This document shows, one piece after another, positions 11,231 through 21,954 of a stretch of 64,000 nucleotides of DNA (its first letter is position 1; every line of letters starts with the position of its first letter). Source of the stretch: Scyliorhinus canicula (lineage: Eukaryota). The notes below the pieces were generated by a model. It did not search any database and was not told the origin of the DNA. It worked only from the letters and a program-made list of their open reading frames with translations. The position numbers were made by a program, and so were the translations under genes. Location of the stretch: contig NC_052149.1 in the NCBI RefSeq assembly GCF_902713615.1, forward strand, positions 127,165,256 through 127,229,255. Direction: 5' to 3'.

Positions 11231-12077
11231 GGTCAGGCAGGAAAGTGGAGTTTGGGCCATTTTTAAAAGTTAATTTATGGGATGTGTGGGTCTGAAGTGG
11301 GAGCCTGCCATCCTGAACTTGTCCGGCCTACAAGTGACTCCAGATCCTCAGTAATGTGTTGACTCTGAAATGTCCTCTGGAATGGCCGAGCAAGACACTG
11401 AGTTCAAGGGCAATTAGGGATGGGCAATAAATGCCAGAGATCACACATCACATCAAACAATAAAAATATCTTCAGGGATTTTGAGGAATATTGGATCAGG
11501 AATAAATATCAGACTGAACTCGACCCAAAGAGAAAGTAACTGAGAGTCTCCCCAAAAGCCTGGAACACTGAAGCCACTGGATTGTGAGCCCTGCTGGACC
11601 TGTTTGTCATCAGAACTTTGCTAAGAGATAAGCAGGGAGTGGAGAGAGCAGAGTTAAAGCTGGGGGAAGTGGGACCTCGGTGTCTCACTGTGCTGCTGCT
11701 GCTGCTGTGATCAGTTATATCAGAGAGTGTGACAGGGAGCCAGAGCTCACATCAAACTCTGCCCGTGTCTGTCACACGCAGACTGACAGGAGTCTAGTGA
11801 GTGATTTCACTCCATGGTCCAGGAATGTGAACACAGTCTGCAAACGTCCAGATCTCCTCCACACGGTGGGTAAAAGCTGCTTACTTATATCTTGCTGCTT
11901 AAAGGGGGGGAATGGAACTAAAGAAATACAGCTGGGCACCCTGTTCTACACAGTGTTTTTCAATGAACCATTTCATTCACTGCAGCTCCCCACTAACACC
12001 TTCAACTATTCAGCATTTGTGTTTGAGAAAGTTTCAATATTGAAAGGGTTAATAACGGAGGATTGGGGTTTACTTAC

Positions 12078-12112
12078 TCAGTCTGAGCTTGGTTCCTTTA
12101 CCGAACGTAAGC
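12078..12112 (-). CDS. IGKJ: Kappa-type J segment J2 (LTFGKGTKLRL)
   Basis: FGKGT motif, intact GTAAGT donor and 23-RSS. Confidence 0.95.
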
Positions 12113-12151
12113 CACACTGACAGCTTCCAGTGCAGGGGCTGTACAAAAACC
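12113..12151 (-). promoter_or_regulatory. 23-RSS of J2
   Basis: CACACTG 12113-12119, 23 nt, ACAAAAACC 12143-12151; identical to the J1 RSS. Confidence 0.95.
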
Positions 12152-12482
12152 TCTGCTCTCTGCTTCACTCACTCACTCTCACCCTCTCTCTGTCTTTCAC
12201 TCACTCATGTCTTTCTCTCTCATTCTTTCTCTCTCTGTTTCTCTCAATGTCTCTTTTTTTGGGAGAGTTGAGAATTCTAATTTATGTCAAAAATCTTTCA
12301 GCTGCGCTTCATATGTGGACATGGAGAGTAAGATGGAAAATTGAGGCCTTCAGTGAGCTGTGGACACCACAGGGACTGGAGTGTGTAGTGGACAGTGAGA
12401 ATAATTTCCTTTCTTGTGTTTATTCTATATTATATAAAACTGTGGGATGTGTCAGTGCAGGAAGTGGGGCTGTGTGTATTGA

Positions 12483-12510
12483 GGTTTTTGTAAGGCTCTG
12501 TATCACTGTG
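12483..12510 (-). promoter_or_regulatory. 12-RSS of V2
   Basis: CACAGTG-ATACAGAGCCTT-ACAAAAACC; identical to the V1 RSS. Confidence 0.97.
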
Positions 12511-12813
12511 TTGGGGGGTAGCTGTGATACTGCTGACAGTAATAATCAGAGACATCCTCATTCTGCACATTGCTGATTGTCAGGGTGTATCATGTTCCAG
12601 ATCCACTGCCGGTGAATCGGTCGGAAATTCCTGCGAATCGAGTTGCTGTATTGTGGATCAGCAGAGCGGGTTTCTGACCTTCTCGCTGTTGATACCAATG
12701 AAGATAACTGCTGCTAACAGATTGACTGGCCGTACAGGTGATGGTTGCTGTCTGGCCCAGGCTCAATGATAGCACCGGGGGAGACTGGGTCATGATGATG
12801 TCTCCACTGATAC
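12511..12813 (-). pseudogene. IGKV: Kappa-type V exon V2 with one in-frame TGA in FR3
   Basis: ..[32 protein letters not shown]; stop at 12590-12592; the frame is otherwise intact. Confidence 0.93.
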
Positions 12814-12999
12814 CTGAGGGGTAATAGAGAAACAGAGTGAAGTAAGAACTGTCACAGAAAGAGCCTGTACAATGAGATATTGTTGGAGACACTGACTGTT
12901 CCTCTGCTTTCAGCATTTTCCCTTCAATCACAAGTCAGTAGAATTGGATTGAAATGGATAGCAGGAAATTATTCAAGGTGGAAGGAGAGAGATTTGTAC

Positions 13000-13048
13000 C
13001 TGCGATGCAGAATGCCAGAGGCCAGATCAGCTGGATGGCTGAAATCAT
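13000..13048 (-). CDS. IGKV: Leader exon of V2
   Basis: Identical 49-nt exon to the V1 leader; ATG 13048; donor at 12999. Confidence 0.9.
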
Positions 13049-13108
13049 GGTGTCTGCTCCTGTCCCTGTGCCTGGTTACTGATAAACTCTCCTTTCACTG
13101 GGCTCTGC

Positions 13109-13205
13109 TTTATAAAGCTGCAGCCTGTGAGAGTCTGACTGCCCGTTCCTCAGTATGTAAATGGTATGAGGCAGAGACACCACGTCACCACCTTCACTTC
13201 CTCTT
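13109..13205 (-). promoter_or_regulatory. V2 promoter (TATA, octamer variant, PU.1)
   Basis: TTTATAAA 13109-13116; ATTTACAT 13155-13162; AAGAGGAAGTG 13195-13205. Confidence 0.75.
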
Positions 13206-13768
13206 CTTCTCTCTCACTCCATCCCTCCCTCCCGTCTGCTTCTCTTCAACTGTACCTGTGGCTCAGTCTCTGCTCTCTCTCTCTAATTTCCTTTCTACTT
13301 CCCCCTCTATGGTGGTATGACTAGTAGGTTTACGGGACCTCAGAGCCGTGCTGCCATTGGTGCAGAGGACTCGCTGCCCATTGGCTCAGGCAGGTCATGT
13401 GTCTCTCTGCCAATTGGCTGAGGCTAGTCATGTGACTGCTCGCCGATTGGCCGAGAGGCCGGTAGCCCCTCCTACAAGGCGGGGTATAAGTACCTGTAAC
13501 AGCCAGCAGTCGGCCTTTCTCTGTCAGTCGACTGCCGGGCACACAACTAGTTCATTAAAGCCTGATGTTTGAAACTTCTTCACGACTCGAGTCCGATTGA
13601 TGGCACATCAATTTAATGAACTAAAAATTTGAAATGGAGCTACGGATCAAGCCAGACTGCCTCCGCATCAGCCCGCAGGCTACAAACGCGTCAGCAACTT
13701 TTAAACTTTGGCTGGCGTGCTTCAACAGCTACCTCACCACTACGGACAGCCATCCCACAAAGGAGCAG

Positions 13769-14719
13769 TGTTGCTCGTTTTACTGGAGTGTGATTAACAC
13801 GCCTCCGTTTAAAGGCCGTGTGCTTAACACTACTATGGCTCTGTATGTGTAATTATGCTCGGAGTCGCCAGGTGCCATATCAGACACCGTCACAAGTATA
13901 TCAAGGTCAGGTTCAAAGTAATAAATCTATACACCGATTAGTAAGTCCAAACGATTGGTGTTTATTATAACAAATATAATAAATACACATGCATACGCTA
14001 AAGAGACTAACTTACTTCTAATACTAAACAACTAAATACTTATCTAGACAGGAACAGGCAAGGTCAGGGAGCAAGGCCTTCGTCCCGTTCTTGGTCTGTA
14101 ACTTTCTGATTCGCAAAGTTGTCAAGGGCTAGCAAGGTCTGGATCACGTAGCGATCGTTGTGTTGGCACTTACAGTTCGATGGGTGAGGCTCAACGGCTG
14201 GTGATGAAACTGGAGTCAGGATGCGATGTAACAGGTCTGGGCCGGAGCAAAACAACAGACCTGGGCCGGAGCAAAACAACAGACCAAACCATGTGTGGGA
14301 CCTACTCTTAAAGGTCCCAGGAGGTTCAGGCCCCCTTGGGGCGGCTCCCTCATCGATTGGGTCTTTCCCAATCAATATCTTTCAAACTCCCCAATCCTAG
14401 GGTCGTTCCTCGATGGGTGGGGCGGTCCCTACGGCTCTTTGTGTTGATTGCTTTGGCGCCATTCTGTCTGGGCTTCTATGGAAAAGTATCCATCGATACT
14501 TAAGTGTTTCTATTGTCCGGGGTCTGGATCTGGATCACCTCATTACTATGCAGATCTGTTTCCCATTTGCACCTTTGGCTGAAACTCTGCACCTGGCTTC
14601 TGTACGTGCAAAATGTAAAACAGTCTTCTGCAAGCTGTTTGTCCTCACTATGACTGTTTTTCCCTGCAGTCTTAGCAGTTCTCCGTTTTGTAGCCCAGTG
14701 TCCATCTTAGATGGCTACA
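13769..14719. mobile_element. Solo LTR (951 bp) inserted in Gypsy B gag
   Basis: TG..CA ends; 4-bp TSD GCAG (13765-13768 and 14720-14723); gag resumes EQKLHILHS; related to 35585-36493. Confidence 0.85.
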
Positions 14720-15334
14720 GCAGAAACTCCACATCCTCCACTCGTGCTTGGGCACCGCCGTTCACTCGATGATAGAGGATGAACAGGACTATGACGCAGC
14801 CATGGATCTCCTGAAAGGACATTTTCTCAGGCCTGTAAATCAAGTCTATGCGCGGCACCTCCTGGCTACAAGGCAACAGTTCCCCGGTGAGTCCCTTGAT
14901 GAATTCTATCGGGCCCTCATTATCCTGGGGAGAAATTGCGCCTGCCCGCAAGTTACAGCGGCAGAACACACTGAACTGCTAATCCGGGATGCCTTCGTCG
15001 CAGACATGCAATCTTCTCAAATACACCAGTGGCTGCTGGAAAAGGACACTTTAAGCCTCACTGAGGCACGGACCCTCGCATCCTCTCTGGAGGTTGCCGA
15101 CCAAAACGCCCGCGCATATGCCCCCGGCCACGCGGCAGCCCCTTGGGCAATGTGGCACGCAACCCCCCTCGCCCCCTCCGATTCCGACCCCTCCCCAGGC
15201 CTGCGCTGCAGGGTGCCCCGATAAGCTCACGGGGCCCCGCTGTTATTTCTGTGGCCAAGCTAAGCACCCCCGCCCGCGCTGTCTGGCCCGCTTCGCAGTC
15301 TGCAAGAGCTGCGGTAAAAAGAGCCCCTTCTTTT

Positions 15335-15627
15335 GGGCAGCACGGTAGCATGGTGGTTAGCATAAATGCTTCACAGCTCCAGGGTCCCAGGTTCGATTCC
15401 CGGCTGGGTCACTGTCTGTGTGGAGTCTGCACGTCCTCCCCGTGCGGGTTAGGTGGATTGGCCATGCTAAATTGCCCGTAGTGTCCTAAAAAGTAAGGTT
15501 AAGGGGGGGTTGTTGGGTTACGGGTATAGAGTGGATACGTGGGTTTAAGTGGGGTGATCATTGCTCGGCACAACATCGAGGGCCGAAGGGCCTGTTCTGT
15601 GCTGTACTGTTCTATGTTCTATGTTCT
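15335..15627 (+). mobile_element. HE1-like SINE in Gypsy B gag
   Basis: tRNA-like head; tail GAGGGCCGAAGGGCCTG..(TTCTATG)n shared with CR1-type LINE ends. Confidence 0.85.
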
Positions 15628-15910
15628 CTGTTGTCTGCCAGTCCAAGTCGGTCGCTGCTGTTCTGCGCAGCGACCGCGGCTCACCCCCCCCCCCCCCGCC
15701 CCCCGTGCATCCCCAAGGCTCCGTGTGGCCCATGGTACTCCCTGCCCCCGCCCCCAGCCACCACGAGTGACCCATGGGCGCTGCCATCTTGGGACCCCAA
15801 CTCCACGTGCGGGCCCCGGGCGCTGCCATTTTGGGGCCCCGACTCCACGTGTGGCCGACGGGCGCCGCCATCTTGGGTCAACATGGAGGACCCCACCGCT
15901 GAACACTGAC

Positions 15911-16235
15911 TTGTGGATAGCACAACTGTTTCACAGCTCCAGGGTCCCACGTTCGATTCCGGCTTGGGTCGCTGTCTGTGCGGAGTCTGCACATCCTCCC
16001 CGTGTGTGCGTGGGTTTCCTCCGGGTGCTCCGGTTTCCTCCCACAGTCCAAAGATGTGCGGGTTAGGTGGATTGGTTCATGCTCAATTGCCCTTAGTGTT
16101 GGGTGGGGTTACTGGGTTATGGGGATAGGTGGAGGTGTTGACCTTGGGTAGGGTGCTCTTTCCAAGAGCCGGTGTAGACTCGATGGGCCAAATGGCCTCC
16201 TTCTGCACTGTAAATTCTATGACTATGACTATGAC
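15911..16235 (+). mobile_element. SINE (5'-truncated) in Gypsy B
   Basis: SINE core plus a GATGGGCCAAATGGCCTCCTTCTGCACTGT..(CTATGA)n tail. Confidence 0.8.
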
Positions 16236-16635
16236 TCGCTGCAGTGTCTCTGGACCAATCGCGGCCCCGCACGCTCTCCACGGCGACTACGTAAATTTTC
16301 CTCAATGGACACGAAACGAGCTGCCTACTAGACTCCGGGAGCACAGAGAGTTTTGTCCACCCTGACTCGGTAAGACGCTGCGCGCTCCCCGTTCACCCGG
16401 TCAAGCACAAAATCGCCCTGGCTTCAGGTTCACACTCCGTCCACATCACCGGGTGCTGCGTAGCGGACCTCACGGTCCAGGGGAGGGTTTTTAAAAATTA
16501 CAACTCCTCGTCCTTCCCCGTCTCTGTGCACCGGCACCTTTAGGACTGGATTTCCAGTGCAACCTGCAGAGCTTAACCTTCCAATTCGGCAGCCCTATTC
16601 CCCCCCTTACTGTCTGCAGCCTCGCGTCCCTCAAG

Positions 16636-18725
16636 GTGGACCCCCCTTCCTTGTTTACGAACCTCACCCCAGATTCCAAGCACGTCGCCACTAGGAGCAG
16701 ACGGTACAGTGCCCAGGACCGGACCTTCATCAGGTCCGAGGTCCAAAGGCTGCTGAAGGAAGGAGTCATTGAGGCCAGCAACAGTCCCTGGCGAGCCCAA
16801 GTGCTGCTGGTTAGGACTGGGGAGAAAAACTGGATGGTCATTGACTACAGTCAGACCATCAACAGGTTTACGCAGCTGAACGCGTATCTTCTCCCCCGTA
16901 TCTCCGACCTGGTTAACAGGATCGCGAAGTACAAAGTCTTCTCCACGGTGGACCTTAAGTCCGCCTATCACCAGCTCTCCATCCGCGCGAGTGACCGAAA
17001 GTACACTGCGTTCGAAGCGGATGGGCACCTCTACCACTTTCTAAGGATTCCATTCGGTGTCACAAATGGGGTCTCGGTCTTCCAAAGGGAGATGGTCCGA
17101 ATGGTGGACCAATACGGTTTACGGGCAACCTTCCCCTATCTCAATAATGTCACCATCTGTGACCATGACCAGCAGGACCATGACACCAACCTCCGCAGAT
17201 TCCTCCGAACCTCAAAACTCCTTAACCTCACGTATAATAAGGATAAGTGCGTGTTTAGCACCGACCGTCTAGCCATCCTCGGCTACGTAGTGCGTAACGG
17301 AGTGATAGGCCCCGATCCCGAATGTATGCGCCCCCTAATGGAACTCCCTCTTCCCAACCTCCGCCAAGCCCTCAAACGCTGTCTGGGCTTCTTTTCTTAT
17401 TATGCCCAGTGGGTCCCTAACTGCACCGACAAAGCCCGCCCCCTCATCCAATCCAACACTTTTCCACTGTCGATGGAGGCCCGCTGGGCCTTTAGCCGCA
17501 TCAAAGCGGATATCGCAAAGGCCACGATGCATGCTATCGACGACTCCCTCCCATTCCAGGTCGAGAGCGACGCGTCCGATGTAGCTCTGGCGGCCACCCT
17601 GAACCAAGCGGGCAGGCCCTCCATGCTTCCGAACTCCGCCATTCCTCGGTAGAGAAGGAGGCACAGGCCATAGTTGAAGCTGTGCGATACTGGAGGCACT
17701 ATCTGGCCGGCAGGAGGTTCACCCTCCTCACAGACCAATGGTCAGTGGCCTTTATGTTTGATAATGCACAGATTTCTGGACCGAAGGGCCAATAGGACGG
17801 TCTTCCAGACCGTACCATACTCCGACAAGATCTTGCGGTGGCGGATCGAGTTGCCCACGTACAACTACGATATCTTGTATCGTCCTGGGAAGCTCAACGA
17901 GTCTCCTGCTGCCCTGTCCCGTGGTACCTGCGCCAGCGCGCAGATAGACCGCCTCCGCACCCTCCACGCGGACCTCTGCCATCCAGGGATAGCCCACTTC
18001 TATCACTTTATCAAGACCCACAACCTGCCGTACTCCATTGAGGAGATCAGGACTGTGACCAGAGATTGCCACATTTGCGCAGAGTGCAAGCCGCACTTTT
18101 ACCGCCCCGAGCAAGCGCATCTGGTAAAGGCGTCCCGTCCTTTTGAACGTCTTAGTATGGACTTCAAGGGTCCCCTCCCCTCCAACAACCGCAACATCTA
18201 CTTACTAAGTGTGATTGACGAGTACTCCCGCTTCCCTTTCGCCATCCCCTGCCCCGACATGACCACGACAACCGTCATCAAGGCCTCCTCTCCATCTTCT
18301 CCCTGTTCGGTTACCCCGCGTACATCCACAGCGACCGGGGTTCCTCCTTTATGAGCAACGAACTGCGTCAATTCCTGCTTAGCAGGGGCATCGCCTCGAG
18401 CAGGATGACCAGTTATAACCCCCGGGGTAACGGACAGGTCGAGCGGGAGAATGGTACGGTCTGGAAGACCGTCCTACTGGCCCTACGGTCCAGACATCTC
18501 CCGATCTCCCACTGGCAAGAGGTCCTCCCAGACGTCCTACACTTGATTCGGTCTCTCCTCTGCACTGCCACGAACCAAACACCTCATGAACGTCTTCTTG
18601 TTTTCCCCAGGAAGTCGTCCTCAGGATCCCCTCTCCCGACCTGGCTGGCCACCCCCGGGCCCATCTTGCTCCGGAAGCATGTGCAGGTGCACAAGTCCGA
18701 CCCATTGGTTGAACAAGTCCAGTGA
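16636..18725 (+). pseudogene. Gypsy B pol (RT-RNase H-integrase), frameshifted
   Basis: ORFs 16636-17652, 17674-18354 and 18351-18725, closely similar to Gypsy A pol. Confidence 0.9.
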
Positions 18726-19659
18726 CTCCACACTAACCCGTAGTACGCGTATGTGGAGTATCCCGACGGACGGCAGGACACGGTCTCCCTTCGGGACCTG
18801 GCACCCGCCGGTGTGCGGCCACACCCCCCCCTCCAGTCCCAACCGCCCCGGCGCCCCCAGCGCTCCCGCAACCCAGCGCACAGGAACCCCTCCCCCGGCC
18901 AGAGTTCCATTCGCACCGACCAGGGGTACGAACACAGGACCACGACCGCCGCTCCCGGAGTCACGCACGACCACCGACCCGACGTCACCGGCACCGCTGC
19001 GACGGTCCAGCAGAACATCGAGGATGCCCGTCAGACTGATCGAGTCGATCTGATGTTCCACTGGACTTTACGTGTTGTTTAGTGTTCCCATGTACAAAGT
19101 TGCACGTCTTTTTTCTTTCTTTCTCGCTTTCTCTTTTGTTTTGTTTATCCTTTGTTGTTCAGAAGTGAATTGTGTATTGCTGTTCTGTTGCACATTGTCG
19201 CGGGCCAGTGGGCAGCCACCAGATACACCAGGTACACCTCATTCTCTCTAGTCAGACCGCCAGTCTGACACCCCCACCCCCCCCAACCACACCCCCCCCA
19301 CCCCCCCACCCCCGCTTTTCTTGCTCCTCCTCTCTCTCCCCCCGGCTTCTTTCTCCACAAGGGGTGAATGTGGTGGTATGACTAGGAGGTTTATGCTACC
19401 TCAGAGCAGTGCTGACATTGGTGCAGAGGACTCGCTGCCCATTGGCTCAGGCAGGACATGTGTCTCTCTGCCAATTAGCTGGGGCTAGTCATGTGACTGC
19501 TCGCCGATTGGCCGAGAGGCCGGTAGTCCCTCCTACGAGGTGGGGTGTAAGAACCCACAACAACCAGCAGTCAGCCTTTCTCTGTAAGTCGACTGCCGGG
19601 CACACAACTAGTTCATTAAAGCCTGATATTTGGAACTTCTTCACGACTCGAGTCCGATT

Positions 19660-21047
19660 TTTTTTAAAAAATAATTTTTATTAAGGTTTTCACAAAATAT
19701 AAACAACAAAACAATATTAACAGAATAACCATGGTAAATACCCAAGAACAACACCCACCCCCCTACAAAAGCAACTACTAAATCAAAAACAAAAAAAAAA
19801 CAAACAACAGAAAGGAAAGAGATAACACCCACCACATCCAACAAACCCATGTACACACTTCTCCCTCCCACCAAACCCAATCCCCCCCCCCCCTCCCCTC
19901 CCGGGTTGCTGCTGCTGATGGCCTATTTCCCTACCGTTCCGCCAGGAAGTCCAGGAAAGGCTGTCACCGCCTAAAGAACCCTTGTACTGATCCTCTCAGG
20001 GCAAATTTCACCTTCTCCAATTTGATGAACCCCGCCATATCATTGAGCCAGGCCTCCACGCTTGGGGGCCTCGCATCCTTCCACTGAAGCAAGATCCTCC
20101 GCCGGGCTACTAGGGACGCAAAGGCAAGAACACCGGCCTCTTTCGCCTCCTGCACTCCCGGCTCCACTGCAACCCCAAAAATTGCGAGTCCCCAGCCTGG
20201 CTTGACCCTGGATCCCACAGCCCTCGACACCGTCCTTGCTAGCCCCTTCCAAAACTCCCCCAGCGCTGGGCATGCCCAAAACATATGGGCGTGGTTCGCT
20301 GGGCTCCCCGAGCACCTGGCACACCTGTCTTCGCCCCCGAAAAACCTCGTCCCAGTCATGTGGGCCTTATGCAGCACCTTGAACTGTATGAGGCTAAGCC
20401 TCGCACAGGAAGAGGAGGAATTCACTCTGTCCAGGGCATCCGCCCACGTCCCCTCCTCAATCTCCTCACCCAGCTCCTCTTCCCATTTACCCTTCAGCTC
20501 CTCCACTGAGGCCTCGTCTACCTCCTGCATTACGCGGTATATGTCCGAAATCCTCCCTCCTCCAACCCACACCCCCGAGAGCACCCTGTCCCGTACCCCA
20601 CGTGGGGGCAGCAGAGGAAACCCCTCCACCTGCCGCTTGGCAAACGCCCTATCCTGCATGAACCTAAACATGTTCCCTGGGGGGAGCCCAAACTTCCCCT
20701 CTAACTCCCCCAGGCTCGCGAGCCTCCCCTCCACAAACAGGTCCCTCAACCTCCTGATACCTACCCTGGGCCAGCCCAGAAATCCGCCATAAATGCTCCC
20801 TGGAATAAACCGGTGGTTCCCCCGTATCGGGGACTCCATCAAGCCCCCACCTCCCCCCTATGCCGTCTCCATTGCCCACAAATATTGAGGGTAGCCGCCA
20901 CCACCGGGCTCGTGGTATACCTCGTTGGAGGGAGCAGCAACGGTGCCGTTACCAGCGCCTCCAGGCTCGTGTCCACACAGGACGCCATCTCCATCCTCTT
21001 CCATGCTGCCCCTTCCCTGTCCATTACCCACTTACACACCATCCACA
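19660..21047 (-). mobile_element. 5'-truncated L1-clade LINE inserted in the U5 of the Gypsy B 3' LTR
   Basis: ORF2 C-terminus (LIQFKVLHKAH, C..C..H..W.C); T-run at 19660; 14-bp TSD ACTCGAGTCCGATT at 19646-19659 and 21048-21061. Confidence 0.93.
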
Positions 21048-21269
21048 ACTCGAGTCCGATTGATGGCACATCACCCACTCTGTATCGGTTTCTCAGTTTC
21101 TGCCTCTGCCTCTCTCTCTGGCTGTCTCCCTGTATTCGCCTTCCTGTGTCTATCTCTCCCTTTCTCTCTCTCGCTCTGCCTCTCTCTCTCTCTCCCGCTC
21201 TCCATCGTTCTGTAATTCTCTAACTGATCTCTATAGTAGGAGTTACTATTACTGGAGATTGGAACATGT

Positions 21270-21910
21270 TGAGTGCAGCAGTTAAATGCTTCCCTTTCAC
21301 TCTCTCTATCACTGTCTACCCCTCGCTCTCTCTTCCCCACACTCTCCCAGGTGGATCACAGTTAAATGCTTCCCTTTCTCTCTCTCTATCATTGTCTACC
21401 CCTCGCTCTCTCTTTCCCACACTCTCCCAGGTGGATCACAGTTAAATGCTTCCCTCTCTCTCTCTGTCACAGTCTGCTCCTCGCTCTCTCTATCCCACAC
21501 TCTCCCAGGTGGATCACAGTTAAATGCTTCCCTCTCTCTCTCTCTCTCTGTCACAGTCTGCTCCTCACTCTCTCTATCCCACACTCTCCCAGGTGGATCA
21601 CAGTTAAATGCTTCCCCCTCTCTCTCTCTCTGTCTCAGTCTGTTCCTCGCTCTCTTCCCACACTCTCCCAGGTGGATCACAGTTAAATGCTTCCCTCTCT
21701 CTCTCTCTCTCTGTCACAGTCTGTTCCTCGCTCTCTCTTTCCCACACTCTCCCAGGTGGATCACAGTTAAATGCTTCCCTCTCTCTCTCTCTCTGTCACA
21801 GTCTGTTCCTCGCTCTCTCTACCCCACACTCTCCCAGGTGGATCACAGTTAAATGCTTCCCTCTCTCTCTCTCTCTGTCACAGTCTGTTCTTCGCTCTCT
21901 CTTTCCCACA
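21270..21910. repeat. About 80-bp minisatellite, ~8 copies, with an internal variable (CT)n
   Basis: CTCTCCCAGGTGGATCACAGTTAAATGCTTCCC(CT)nGTCACAGTCTG..; GTTAAATGC recurs every ~80 nt from 21281 to ~21850. Confidence 0.95.
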
Positions 21911-21954
21911 CTCTCCCTCTCCTCTGCTCCACCAATGGATGCTGTCCCTTGACC

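Larger units (their letters stand above)
13308..21073 (+). mobile_element. Gypsy LTR retrotransposon B with nested insertions
   Basis: 5' LTR 13308-13610; 3' LTR 19369-19659 plus 21048-21073 (split by an L1); PPT AAGGGGTGAA; gag ATG 13634; imperfect 5-bp TSD CCCTC/CCCAC. Confidence 0.93.

Noticed and set aside
21340-21890. Repeated CACAGTT/CACAGTC as an RSS array
   Set aside because: No nonamer-like sequence at 12 or 23 nt; the downstream sequence is (CT)n.
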